A stretch of DNA of 64,000 bases from the IMG/VR virus record IMGVR_UViG_3300040801_004532, positions 124,001-188,000 of that record; one strand, given 5' to 3'. The position numbers were made by a program, and so were the translations under genes. Within the stretch, counting starts at the first letter, position 1; every line of letters starts with the position of its first letter. The notes beneath the pieces are model-generated. The model was not told where the DNA came from and did not search any database. It worked only from the letters and a program-made list of their open reading frames with translations. Positions 47,542 through 57,541 of the stretch are shown piece by piece.

Positions 47542-49335
47542 TTGATGACGAGTTCGTATAGTGCAAAAGATGTTAGAGTTCTAGAAGAGGTAGAACATAT
47601 AAGATTGAATCCTGGGATGTACATCGGCGAGACAAGTAACCCAGTACATTTAATAGAAGAAGCCCTTGATAATGCACTAGACGAAGCGTTGGCAGGCTAT
47701 GCAAAAATAATTGCGGTCATGATAAACTCGAAAGAGAATAAATTCTCTATATTAGATAACGGTCGGGGTATACCATTATCAAATGATACCCCGATCGTTA
47801 TCTCCACTAAGTTATTTTCTGGAGCTAAGTTCCAAGATAAAAAGGCTGCATACGAGATCAGTTCTGGTCTTCACGGAGTTGGTCTCGTTGCAGTCAATGC
47901 TCTAAGCAAATTTTACAAGGTTGAAATATATCGAAATAAAAAGAGGGCAATTTATGAGTTTCAAAATACAAAATTAAAGAAAACAAAAATTGACCCATTT
48001 ACAGACGAACCACCTTTTTCAACCAAAATTGAATTTATTCCAGATAAGAAATATTTTGATGATCTGTTTCCTGATACAGAACGAATTAGGGATCGCCTGA
48101 CAACTGCTTCAGCAGAAATGCCAAATGATGTAACATGTGTTTTGATTATTGATGATAACCGCGAAGTAATAAAACGTGATACAGTAACTCATTTCGTTGA
48201 GGAATGTTTAGCTGAAAAGAAAAGCTCAGTTAATGTTACTCATCTTCATTCAGAGAAAAAACCTGAAAAATTTGATGTAATGTTTACATATGAGGATGCT
48301 GGACCCGTTTCTCCAAAGATAATATCATCAGTGAATCTACTTCCTGTTAAATCAGGGGGTACACATGTGAATGTATTTTATGATGTGCTAAAAGATTTCT
48401 TCTCTGCAAAGGCGAAGAAACATGGTTTTCGATTTCAACCAAATGATTGTTTATATAGGTTGAGAGCGTATCTGATGTTAAGTCTTGTTGAACCCAAATT
48501 CTCTGGACAAACAAAAGATACTCTTATAAATAGAAAAGGTTATTTTGATAAGTTTGCAAAGGACTTCAGACAACAACTGGACGAATTTGCACAACAATTT
48601 GAACCATTGATGATTGAGTATCTTCAAAGATTTCATGATTACAGAACCAAGCTAGATTCAAAGAAAATTACAAAAACCGGAACGAATGGGAAACGAGCTT
48701 CAACAAAATTCACTAAACTACGAGATTGTACAAGTCGTAATGGTGAGCTATATATTGTTGAAGGTGAATCTGCTGGTGGTTCTATTATTCAATCTAGAGA
48801 TCCCAACAAGCACGCAATCCTGCCATTAAAAGGAAAATCTATTCCTAATGCTATTACCAAAAAAGATATTATCAAAAACAAAGAAATATCCGAATTGATA
48901 ATGGCTTTGGGTACAGGAGTAGGTCCACATTTTGACATATCCAAAATGAGGTATGACAAGATCATCTGTGCATCAGATGCGGACCCCGATGGTGGACATA
49001 TCACATGCCTTGTAACAATGGCGATTGCAACCTTGATGCCTGAAGTAATCAAGCAGGGAAGGTATTTCATAGCACAAACACCACTGTTTGCGATAAATGA
49101 AAAGAAAACCTTCTTGCCATTGTGGGATGAAAAATCTCTAAAAGAAGCCAGAGAGAATAACAGATCAATAACTCGTTTTAAAGGATTGGGAGAATTATCA
49201 CCCTTTCAATTAAAGATATGTTTATTAGAAGAAAAGACAAGACGAATAGAACCAATAACATATAGCGAAGACATTAATAGTCTTGAAAAGTTGTTTTCAG
49301 AAGCGAGCGAAAAAAGAAAGTTGGTGAGCGAATGA
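47542..49335 (+). CDS. gyrB: Type IIA topoisomerase, ATPase/TOPRIM subunit (GyrB/ParE-like)
   Basis: HIRLNPGMYIG, EALDNALDE, DNGRGIP, GLHGVG, VEGESAGG, PLKGK, DADPDGGHI, RFKGLGE. Confidence 0.9.
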   Translation: MMTSSYSAKDVRVLEEVEHIRLNPGMYIGETSNPVHLIEEALDNALDEALAGYAKIIAVMINSKENKFSILDNGRGIPLSNDTPIVISTKLFSGAKFQDKKAAYEISSGLHGVGLVAVNALSKFYKVEIYRNKKRAIYEFQNTKLKKTKIDPFTDEPPFSTKIEFIPDKKYFDDLFPDTERIRDRLTTASAEMPNDVTCVLIIDDNREVIKRDTVTHFVEECLAEKKSSVNVTHLHSEKKPEKFDVMFTYEDAGPVSPKIISSVNLLPVKSGGTHVNVFYDVLKDFFSAKAKKHGFRFQPNDCLYRLRAYLMLSLVEPKFSGQTKDTLINRKGYFDKFAKDFRQQLDEFAQQFEPLMIEYLQRFHDYRTKLDSKKITKTGTNGKRASTKFTKLRDCTSRNGELYIVEGESAGGSIIQSRDPNKHAILPLKGKSIPNAITKKDIIKNKEISELIMALGTGVGPHFDISKMRYDKIICASDADPDGGHITCLVTMAIATLMPEVIKQGRYFIAQTPLFAINEKKTFLPLWDEKSLKEARENNRSITRFKGLGELSPFQLKICLLEEKTRRIEPITYSEDINSLEKLFSEASEKRKLVSE

Positions 49336-49547
49336 AAAAGATAATTCTTCTGATGATCATTTTTCTATTATTTGGATGCACTGTATCAATGAAACCGGAT
49401 GGTTACGATACAGAAATGCGAAATACAAAGCGAGAATATATTTATGATAGGCATGGATATTATCAAGGCTACATTGAAAAAACAGACTATGGAACAACCT
49501 TTTATTATGATAAAGATGGAAGGTTGAAAGGATTTTCAAGAAAGTAG
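49332..49547 (+). CDS. Small lipoprotein
   Basis: MKKIILLMIIFLLFGC lipobox. Confidence 0.55.
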   Translation: MKKIILLMIIFLLFGCTVSMKPDGYDTEMRNTKREYIYDRHGYYQGYIEKTDYGTTFYYDKDGRLKGFSRK

Positions 49548-49561
49548 GAGGTAACATTAAG

Positions 49562-51001
49562 TTGAATGGAACAGAAAATTCTCTTTACTTAGCTGATTGT
49601 ATTGATCTTTTGAGAGAATGGTACTCAAAAGGTCAAACAAACTTTATTGATCTTATTTATATTGATCCTCCGTTTAACAGCAACAGAAATTATAATGTTC
49701 TGTTCAACTCAAAATTAACGGAGGAAGCATTCCAAGATACATGGTCAAGTGTATCATATTTGGATGAATTAGAAGGCATCGCTACAATGTCCCCAAATCT
49801 ATATAACTTTCTGAAGATGTTAGAAACAACAGGTCTTCCAAAATCATATATTTCATATTTAACAAAGATGAGTATTCGATGTTGGTATATGAAGGAAATG
49901 TTGAAAGATACGGGAAGTTTTTATTATCATTGTGATCCAACAGCTGGTCACTATATTAAAATAATTTTAGATTATATATTTGGAATGAATAATTTTAAAA
50001 ATGAAATTATATGGTGTTATAAAACTGGTGGACTTTCTACAGAATATTTTCCTAAAAAACATGATACTATATTTTTCTATACAAAAACAAATTCATATAC
50101 TTTTAATCCACAAAAAGAAACGAAATTATCAAATGAGATGCAAAGAGCTTTAAAAATACACCCAGAAGAATTTTTTGATGATAACGATGGAAAAGGTATA
50201 TACACATGGTATTATAGACCGGGACATAAAAAATATCCAAATGGACTAAAACAATACCTTGAAGCATACGTTAGAGATTATTGGGACATACCTGCTCTAA
50301 CAAATACATCAAAAGAACGTCTTGGATACCCAACTCAAAAACCAGAGAATCTATTAGAAAGAATAATTTTAGCATCTTCAAATGAAGACGATCTTGTAGC
50401 AGATTTCTTCATGGGTGGAGGAACAACAATTACAGTTTCTGAAAAGTTGAATAGAAAATGGCTGGGTGTTGATATTAACAACAGATCAATACAAATAACA
50501 CATGATCGAATAACATCTCTAAAGAAAATTTTGAAAAAAGATTATTTTATATATGGCATCCCAAGATCATCAGAAGAATTACGAAAACTTGTTGATGAAA
50601 ATGTTTTAGGAAAAGAGAAAAACAGCCGTTTTGCTTTTGAAGATGTTATTGTCAAATACTATCTTAATGATGTAATTGGTAATGAAAAGAAAGTGGGTGA
50701 TCATTCTATTGATGGTCGCTTTATGTTTAAATACAACGGAAAAATGAGAAATGGTCTTGTTCAGGTAACAACTGGAGCAGGTATTGGTCATTTCAAATCA
50801 TTCTGTTCTGAAATTGGAAAAGGTACTGGAAATCTTGGTGTTTATATTACATTTAAAGATAAAGTTTCTTCTGGTATGATCCGTGAAGCAAAGAGTTATG
50901 GAAAATTGGGTCATGTTGATAAGATCCAAATATTGACAGTTGAAGAACTAGTTGATGAACGAAAAATGTTTGAAGTACCAAAAGATGTAATGACAATTTA
51001 A
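49562..51001 (+). CDS. N6A/N4C DNA methyltransferase (beta class) with C-terminal Mrr-like domain
   Basis: IYIDPPF, YPTQKP..LLERII, DFFMGGGTT; tail SIDG...LVQV. Confidence 0.85.
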   Translation: MNGTENSLYLADCIDLLREWYSKGQTNFIDLIYIDPPFNSNRNYNVLFNSKLTEEAFQDTWSSVSYLDELEGIATMSPNLYNFLKMLETTGLPKSYISYLTKMSIRCWYMKEMLKDTGSFYYHCDPTAGHYIKIILDYIFGMNNFKNEIIWCYKTGGLSTEYFPKKHDTIFFYTKTNSYTFNPQKETKLSNEMQRALKIHPEEFFDDNDGKGIYTWYYRPGHKKYPNGLKQYLEAYVRDYWDIPALTNTSKERLGYPTQKPENLLERIILASSNEDDLVADFFMGGGTTITVSEKLNRKWLGVDINNRSIQITHDRITSLKKILKKDYFIYGIPRSSEELRKLVDENVLGKEKNSRFAFEDVIVKYYLNDVIGNEKKVGDHSIDGRFMFKYNGKMRNGLVQVTTGAGIGHFKSFCSEIGKGTGNLGVYITFKDKVSSGMIREAKSYGKLGHVDKIQILTVEELVDERKMFEVPKDVMTI

Positions 51002-51012
51002 AAGGGTGATAA

Positions 51013-51216
51013 ATGTCGATTGAAGATTGGCCATGCGAAACTTGTATAGTCCAAGCATGTTGTGGCAAAAGCGTATTTTTTGAAGATTGTGATCTTATCA
51101 GGGATCACTTTGCAAAAATAGTGTTTGGAAAGCCTGCGTATAAAGGAGGAAATATTTCCTTTGACCCGCGAAAAAATATGGTTCAAAATAGTCGAAAAGA
51201 AAAACGGTCAGTATAA
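51013..51216 (+). CDS. Small Cys-rich protein (PCxxCIVxxxC)
   Basis: WPCETCIVQACC. Confidence 0.45.
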   Translation: MSIEDWPCETCIVQACCGKSVFFEDCDLIRDHFAKIVFGKPAYKGGNISFDPRKNMVQNSRKEKRSV

Positions 51217-51526
51217 AACTCTTTATCATGGAGTAAATAAAAGTCGAATATTAGAAATTGGCAAATGGATTGCCTCTGAACAAAAAACAGTAAAAGATGG
51301 GCAAAGTACAAATAGATATACATCTGGGTGGCATATACTACCAAATCTTGCTGAGACATTAGAATATTTGAAAAAATTTAAGAAAGAGCGTGAGCTCAAA
51401 ATAATGTTATGTAAAGCCAAAGGAACTTGGAAAAAAGAACATAGCAGGAATGATGTATATTTGGCAAAGAAAATTTACATTTTGGGAGAATACGATGCAG
51501 CATTGTCATGTGTCGATTTCGTTTGA
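51125..51526 (+). CDS. Hypothetical protein (start uncertain)
   Basis: TLYHG..YTSGWH. Confidence 0.4.
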   Translation: MESLRIKEEIFPLTREKIWFKIVEKKNGQYKTLYHGVNKSRILEIGKWIASEQKTVKDGQSTNRYTSGWHILPNLAETLEYLKKFKKERELKIMLCKAKGTWKKEHSRNDVYLAKKIYILGEYDAALSCVDFV

Positions 51527-51722
51527 TCTAAATAAATTAGGGCAAGAAGGACTTGAAAAATTATCTAAAATTGAAAAGTTATTTGGTGAACTTGGAATCT
51601 ATTTCGATACCGGATCAGGTTTAGGAGGTAGAGATTGGGAATGGGATTGGAGTTTGACTGGACCTATAACAGTCCATTTAGTAGATGAAAGTATTTTAGA
51701 CAGATTAGAAAGGGTTAAATAA
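51450..51722 (+). CDS. Hypothetical protein (start probably the internal MQHCH)
   Basis: GIYFDTG....RDWEWDWSL. Confidence 0.45.
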   Translation: MMYIWQRKFTFWENTMQHCHVSISFDLNKLGQEGLEKLSKIEKLFGELGIYFDTGSGLGGRDWEWDWSLTGPITVHLVDESILDRLERVK

Positions 51723-51885
51723 TGGGGCATAAAAAAGCATTAACGTCAGATTGTCCTTCATGTGACTTATGTAAAGTCGATGAAAATAATAACTTTGTAT
51801 GTCATTGGGGTAAAGGGAAACCAAAAATCATGTTTCCAAAAAAGGGTAAAAAGCCCTTATTCTGTAAATTAGAAAGGAAATAGTA

Positions 51886-52200
51886 ATGCCGTATATTAAA
51901 GACGAAGATAAAAAAGAAATGCATAAAAAAGAAATGACAGCTGCAATTCATGACCTAAGCATATGGATAAAATCAAAGGGTGATTTGAATTATGCAATCT
52001 GCGAATTGATTGGTCAACTTATATTAGACACTAAAATTTCATATACACAAATATCAGAGTGGATTGATACTCTTCCGGATGCTGAAGCAGAATTAAGACG
52101 AAGAATATTAAATCCATATGAAGATCTTAAAATAATCGAGAATGGCGATGTTCCCAGCTTTGTTAAAATTCTTGAGAAAATTCAACCCCCAAAAGTCTAA
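51886..52200 (+). CDS. Conserved-looking phage hypothetical protein
   Basis: MPYIK..GDLNYAI..ELRRR.L.PYED.KI.ENGDV. Confidence 0.55.
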   Translation: MPYIKDEDKKEMHKKEMTAAIHDLSIWIKSKGDLNYAICELIGQLILDTKISYTQISEWIDTLPDAEAELRRRILNPYEDLKIIENGDVPSFVKILEKIQPPKV

Positions 52201-52211
52201 GAGGTTTCACA

Positions 52212-52604
52212 ATGAAAGCTGATTTCTACAATGGTCTAGAATGGATTGGCAGTATAAAAGAAGGTGGAGAAATATGGAATGTTCCCCTTTTAATATTAAT
52301 CCAGGTAAATCCAATAACTTTTGAAGAAGATGTATTTGATTACATTAGAAAATGTGATGGAATCATTGCAAATCATCCTTGTCAATGGCCTTGGGATTGG
52401 CCAGATAGTCGTATGACAGATTATACATATATCTTTCATCCTTCATATGGAAAGGTTTTTGTAAGTCTTGAAGGTAGCGATTTATTAGATCCCATTAAAA
52501 TATATCAGGGGTTTTCAATTGATGAAGCTGAAGCAGGAATAGTTGCATTATTCCCGACTATAAAAGAGGTAATGAATGGACAAACATCTTCCACGGTTGT
52601 ATAA
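52212..52604 (+). CDS. Hypothetical protein
   Basis: ADFY..EWIGS..WPWDWPDSRMTDYTY. Confidence 0.5.
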   Translation: MKADFYNGLEWIGSIKEGGEIWNVPLLILIQVNPITFEEDVFDYIRKCDGIIANHPCQWPWDWPDSRMTDYTYIFHPSYGKVFVSLEGSDLLDPIKIYQGFSIDEAEAGIVALFPTIKEVMNGQTSSTVV

Positions 52605-53874
52605 GGATTATGGATCTTATTCAAATTATCGGAATTTTCCTTTAGATCTCGATGGTTTAAAACCAGTTGAACGTCGAGTTTTGTTAGCAGCATTTAAGAT
52701 TTCAAAGAGTAAATTTGTAAAATCAAGACGTGTGGATTCTCATACAACAGGACATTATCATCCTCACGGTGAATGTTACGGAACAATTGTTCAATTGGTC
52801 AGACAGGGATTTCTAGACGGTCAAGGAAATTTCGGTACAAATGTTGGGGTTGAACCTGTGGGTGCAGCAGCACCAAGATACACAGAATGTAAAATTTCAG
52901 AAAATACAGTTGATCTTGCTTTTAAATATGTTAATTTCGTCCCGTGGGGCGACACTGAGTTGGAGGATAAAGAACCATTATTTCTTCCGACAAGATATCC
53001 ACTTTGTCTTATGGGGAATGATTATACTCAGGGTATTGGGTTTGGGTATAAAACATTTATCCCTTGTTATAAACGAGAGGACCTTTATAAAAGATTACTT
53101 TGGCTTTTGGGAATCAGAAAGAGAAAACCGATCATTCATCCGATAACAGATTGTACAATTGTTTCTGACCAAAAGGTTTTAGATCAGCTTCTCACAACTG
53201 GTTCAGCAAAAATTGATGTTGAAGGCATCATTGAAGAAATCCCAACCAAAAACAAAGTGGTTTTAAAATCATGGCCTCCAGGAAAAAGGTTTGCTTCATT
53301 TTTAAATAAATTTGCAACAGAACTTGATTCAAATATGATTGGTTTCACTGATTTGTCTGTCTCGGAAACACAAATTGTTTTTCAAGTTTTGAGGGAACGA
53401 AATCGAGATAAGATTTACAATGAATTTGTTGAGAAATTAAAAGAGGTTATAAAAGGGACAATTTCATTTGAAACAACGGTTGTTGACATTGACCACAAAG
53501 TTTTGGTAAAACCAATCGACCAAATGCTTCTCGATACATTCAAAATGTTTTCAGAAGCAAATGAAGCAATGCTTAAATATGAGATAGCAAAGTTTGATGA
53601 AAAGATAAACGAATATCAAATTCTTGAAAAGATTAGACAACCGATAAGTCATTGTGTTAGCAAAAGTTTGGATATAAAAGATACATTAAAATTTGTTCAG
53701 GATAAGACGGGAATATTACAAAAAGAAATATTGGAATTAATAAATAAATACCGAATAAGTAAAATGATGTCTTTAAATACTGATACAACAGAATTGAAGG
53801 AAAAACAAAAAGAGTTTAAAAATAATCTTAAAAATCTAAATAATTTTGTATTGGAGCAATATAATGAGTTTTAA
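52576..53874 (+). CDS. gyrA: Type IIA topoisomerase, breakage-reunion subunit (GyrA/ParC/gp52-like, no CTD)
   Basis: DGLKPVERRVL, YHPHG, GQGNFG, AAAPRYT (catalytic Tyr), GIGFG. Confidence 0.9.
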   Translation: MDKHLPRLYKDYGSYSNYRNFPLDLDGLKPVERRVLLAAFKISKSKFVKSRRVDSHTTGHYHPHGECYGTIVQLVRQGFLDGQGNFGTNVGVEPVGAAAPRYTECKISENTVDLAFKYVNFVPWGDTELEDKEPLFLPTRYPLCLMGNDYTQGIGFGYKTFIPCYKREDLYKRLLWLLGIRKRKPIIHPITDCTIVSDQKVLDQLLTTGSAKIDVEGIIEEIPTKNKVVLKSWPPGKRFASFLNKFATELDSNMIGFTDLSVSETQIVFQVLRERNRDKIYNEFVEKLKEVIKGTISFETTVVDIDHKVLVKPIDQMLLDTFKMFSEANEAMLKYEIAKFDEKINEYQILEKIRQPISHCVSKSLDIKDTLKFVQDKTGILQKEILELINKYRISKMMSLNTDTTELKEKQKEFKNNLKNLNNFVLEQYNEF

Positions 53875-54214
53875 TGAAAACGGAAGCACCACATGTGGTT
53901 TATGTAATGGTTATAACGCTATTGAAAAAGAAATTAAGATATATCAATGTTGTCCAAGATGTAATGGCTTTGGTACTCTTGATTGGGTAGAGAACGCAAC
54001 AAGAAAAATAAAAAGAGCAAATATGGACGTAAAGTCTAAAATTGCGTATAACAATATACATCTATTAATGCAGGCCATTAGAGAAGAGGGACAACATATA
54101 GGGGTAGATATAAAGGTATCAGTAGAAAGGGTTAATCTTATGTATGATCCAATAGAAAATTATCACACTTTTCAACCATATATGATCAAGCCATATACAT
54201 TCAACGGGAGCTAA
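53846..54214 (+). CDS. DnaJ-type zinc-finger protein (third paralog; start probably the internal MSFNE)
   Basis: CGLCNG...CPRCNGFGTLDWV. Confidence 0.55.
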   Translation: MYWSNIMSFNENGSTTCGLCNGYNAIEKEIKIYQCCPRCNGFGTLDWVENATRKIKRANMDVKSKIAYNNIHLLMQAIREEGQHIGVDIKVSVERVNLMYDPIENYHTFQPYMIKPYTFNGS

Positions 54215-54218
54215 AAAT

Positions 54219-54641
54219 ATGTATAGAATTGAAAAGAAGTTTTCATTTCCAATGGGACACAGATTGAGCAAACACAGTGGAAGGTGCCATTCGATCCATG
54301 GCCACAATTTTATAGTTCTGATTGGGGTAAAATCTGAACAGTTAAATGAAAATGATATGGTTATTGACTTTTCTCACCTGAAGGCTTTGGCATCTAGTTT
54401 TCTTGACGGATTTGATCATTGTCTTTTACTTAACGAAACAGATCAGGAAATACATGATCAATTTGAGAAACTTGGAATGCGAGTAATGACAATTAAAACT
54501 GATCCAACAGCCGAAAGGTTATGCAAATTAATCTATAAAGCACTACAGGATAGATTTGCTTATGATAAGTTGGATATACTAATGGATTATGTAACAGTTT
54601 ATGAGAACGAAAATTCAAAAGCCACGTATTCGGAGGATTAA
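54219..54641 (+). CDS. queD: 6-carboxy-5,6,7,8-tetrahydropterin synthase
   Basis: GHRL...CHSIHGHN, VIDF, FDH..LLN, PTAE, VYE. Confidence 0.9.
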   Translation: MYRIEKKFSFPMGHRLSKHSGRCHSIHGHNFIVLIGVKSEQLNENDMVIDFSHLKALASSFLDGFDHCLLLNETDQEIHDQFEKLGMRVMTIKTDPTAERLCKLIYKALQDRFAYDKLDILMDYVTVYENENSKATYSED

Positions 54642-54655
54642 TACCGAGGTATAAA

Positions 54656-56065
54656 ATGGATATCTTAAAGCGTTCAGGAATTCTAATTCCTACAAAATAT
54701 AGAAATAATAGATGGTATGTGAGGATTAAGGATAAATTAGAAAGACGAACGCAATCATACGACAGAAGTAATATTCAGTTTAATATATTTTATCTGGAGT
54801 CAGAAAAATTCCTTTTGATTCCCAGACACTTTCCATTACATAAATTTATTTTCGAACCATATGAGATTCATGATCATAGTCACACCGGCGAGAAAATTAA
54901 GATCGATCACAGAATCGAACCGAGAGATGAATTACAGAAAAATGCGATGGAAAAGTTAATGACATCTGAGAATTGTATTCTTCAACTTCCGCCTGGTGTT
55001 GGTAAAACGGTAATATCAATCTATATGATTGCAGAGAGAAAATTAAAAAGTTTTATCTTAGTGCACCGAGATGGTCTTGCTGATCAATGGAGAGATCGGC
55101 TATTAACATTTACAGATCTAGAAGAAGATCAAATTGCAAGACTCACAAGCCAAACATTTGAAGATGATTTACAAAAACCAATAATCATTTCTACAAATCA
55201 GACATTTACATCGCTATTAAAAAGACACAGAAGAAACTTTCTTACTAAATTGAATGAGGCGAACATTGGTATATTCGTTGCAGATGAAGTTCATACATCA
55301 GTTGGAGCGCCTACCTTTTCTGAATGTTCGATTCATATCCCTGCAAGGTATACATATGGATTAAGTGCAACTCCATATAGATATGACGGCAATGGGGATA
55401 TTATTGAATATCACTTAGGTCCAATATTTTCAAACGATGACTCATCTGGAACAATGGAATCAAATGTAACAGTTATACTATTGGATTATGAAATAGACAC
55501 ACCACGCAGGAGGATGTATGTGCGTTGGGGAGGTGAGTTTCAGCGATCCCGATATCTTAATCTATTAAAGAAATCAAAACCCTTTAGAGAGGTCCTCCGG
55601 GGTTTGTTGAGGCGATTAATAAAGGATGACCGGAATCTTCTCTGTATTTCAGAGAGAATCAATTTAATTGATGAGGTTTTTAACGAAACAAAAAGTAGTA
55701 GCAAATCTAGATTCTATAGAAATGCAAAATTAGACGAATTGAATCATAAAGTTACGTTTGCAACCCCAGGAAAATGTAGGGATGGTATTGACGCACCATG
55801 GAAAGATAGTGTGGTAATGACTTCGCCAATTACGAATATTGAGCAATTAACCGGAAGAGTTGTTAGAAAAAAGGAAGGAAAGAAAACACCCATAATAATT
55901 GATATGGTTGATTTCGGATGTGATGATATGTCGAAATCGTTCTTTCCAAGAAAAACTTTTTATGAAAGAAAAGGTTGGTCAATGCAATATATTCTATATC
56001 ACAATAATAAATTAAAACAAATTGATGAGGAGACAGCATTGGCAATCATCAGGAGAGAGCAGTGA
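54656..56065 (+). CDS. Superfamily 2 helicase (UvsW-like)
   Basis: PPGVGKT, DEVH, GLSATPYRYDG, DGID, EQLTGRVVR. Confidence 0.85.
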   Translation: MDILKRSGILIPTKYRNNRWYVRIKDKLERRTQSYDRSNIQFNIFYLESEKFLLIPRHFPLHKFIFEPYEIHDHSHTGEKIKIDHRIEPRDELQKNAMEKLMTSENCILQLPPGVGKTVISIYMIAERKLKSFILVHRDGLADQWRDRLLTFTDLEEDQIARLTSQTFEDDLQKPIIISTNQTFTSLLKRHRRNFLTKLNEANIGIFVADEVHTSVGAPTFSECSIHIPARYTYGLSATPYRYDGNGDIIEYHLGPIFSNDDSSGTMESNVTVILLDYEIDTPRRRMYVRWGGEFQRSRYLNLLKKSKPFREVLRGLLRRLIKDDRNLLCISERINLIDEVFNETKSSSKSRFYRNAKLDELNHKVTFATPGKCRDGIDAPWKDSVVMTSPITNIEQLTGRVVRKKEGKKTPIIIDMVDFGCDDMSKSFFPRKTFYERKGWSMQYILYHNNKLKQIDEETALAIIRREQ

Positions 56066-56406
56066 AAATCAAATCTGATTTTGTAACTAACAGTAGCTCA
56101 ACCGCGTTTATTATAACAAATCTAAGCGATAAAATTTTAACAATCGCTGATTTTGTAAATGAAAATCCTCAATTATTAGAAGAATTTATTGACACATATG
56201 GTACCTATAGCACACATGAACTTACTCAGGAAAATCTATTACAATCGGCAAGAGAAGAGGGTATTGTATTTAAACCCGGGGAATCAAAATATTGCATCTT
56301 CGGAGATGAACAAGACACCTTGATTGGAAGCGTCTTTGATTATATACTCAGAGATGGCGGGGTATCTAAAAATTTTAGATGGAGATTCGATGAATATCTG
56401 AGGTAA
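56062..56406 (+). CDS. MKIKxDFVTNSSS-family protein 1
   Basis: N-terminus MKIKSDFVTNSSSTAFII. Confidence 0.6.
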   Translation: MKIKSDFVTNSSSTAFIITNLSDKILTIADFVNENPQLLEEFIDTYGTYSTHELTQENLLQSAREEGIVFKPGESKYCIFGDEQDTLIGSVFDYILRDGGVSKNFRWRFDEYLR

Positions 56407-56409
56407 CAT

Positions 56410-56706
56410 ATGAAAATTAAAAATGATTTTGTTACAAATAGTTCATCAGCATCTTTTGTTATTTTACGTGAAAAGTTAACTGATTTTCAAATTCATGCAA
56501 TTGAGAATCATATAGAAGTTGCTTTAGCTATAATGAAAGTACGAGATATATCATTCTATGCTCATAGGCACGACAAATGGGATATAAAAATGGGCGGGAA
56601 TAAAATTACCGGATATACAACCATGGATAACTTTGACATGCTTGAGTTTTTAAAAATGATTGGTGTCAAAGAGGAGGACATGGACTTTGACGAATCAAAC
56701 TATTAA
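56410..56706 (+). CDS. MKIKxDFVTNSSS-family protein 2
   Basis: MKIKNDFVTNSSSASFVI. Confidence 0.6.
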   Translation: MKIKNDFVTNSSSASFVILREKLTDFQIHAIENHIEVALAIMKVRDISFYAHRHDKWDIKMGGNKITGYTTMDNFDMLEFLKMIGVKEEDMDFDESNY

Positions 56707-56887
56707 AAGCTATATGGAGTTATTTGTAACAAGAAAAGGCAGTCCGTGTATTAAATGCCTCGTTAGATCTACCTGTACTTACTCATTTATTAGTGGATCT
56801 GGATGTAAAAAATTAGCAGAATTTATAGTCGAAACTATAGAAAATGAATCTGGAAAACCAATTAAGGATAAAAAGGATTCAGAATGA
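56660..56887 (+). CDS. Small Cys-rich protein (start uncertain)
   Basis: SPCIKCLVRSTC...C, similar to 51013..51216. Confidence 0.4.
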   Translation: MVSKRRTWTLTNQTIKSYMELFVTRKGSPCIKCLVRSTCTYSFISGSGCKKLAEFIVETIENESGKPIKDKKDSE

Positions 56888-57315
56888 AAATAAAGCAGGA
56901 CTTTGTAACAAATAGTTCATCCACATGTTATATAGTTTATATCCCTCATGATTTTGTTATTAAAGAACAAGATATTTCAAAAAAAATAATAGAGTTACAA
57001 CTATATTATGGACCTCCAAAGATACCAGATAAAATATTCTATACCGAAATACCAGAAGCATTTGAGCATTTAAAACAAGGGCGAGATATATGGTCAGGGG
57101 GAAAATGGAACGGAAATGTATATCATACTTTGGTAGATCTTTGTAACCATTTTGGTTTTATATTGAAACAATTTGAAATTTCAGGCGACGGAGAAAATAG
57201 AATAGTTCCAATCTCAACAAAGGAAATTGAAAATATAATCATAAACCAAACCGGTCTTTGTAACCTCATACAAACCTTTTCTGGAGGAGTCAATGTTACT
57301 TCAAAAGATTCGTAG
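56884..57315 (+). CDS. MKIKxDFVTNSSS-family protein 3
   Basis: MKIKQDFVTNSSSTCYIV. Confidence 0.6.
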   Translation: MKIKQDFVTNSSSTCYIVYIPHDFVIKEQDISKKIIELQLYYGPPKIPDKIFYTEIPEAFEHLKQGRDIWSGGKWNGNVYHTLVDLCNHFGFILKQFEISGDGENRIVPISTKEIENIIINQTGLCNLIQTFSGGVNVTSKDS

Positions 57316-57541
57316 GAAAGCAGGATTTGCATTTATAGAACTAATGATTGTAACTGCAATTTTTGGAATTTTAGCTGCAATCGTTATCCCAGCTTTTTTA
57401 GCGGCAACATATAACAACAATGATAATGGAGATAAAAATATTACTGTACAAGAGGAAGTCATTCAACAACCTCAAAAGGAAGAGCATCAACAGGAGCAAG
57501 TTCAAAAAGACGAATCAAAAGGAGAATCAAACAAGCTATGA
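57293..57541 (+). CDS. Short type IV pilin-like protein
   Basis: Class III signal RRKAG|FAFIELMIVTAIFGILAAIVIP with E5 and P22. Confidence 0.8.
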   Translation: MLLQKIRRKAGFAFIELMIVTAIFGILAAIVIPAFLAATYNNNDNGDKNITVQEEVIQQPQKEEHQQEQVQKDESKGESNKL

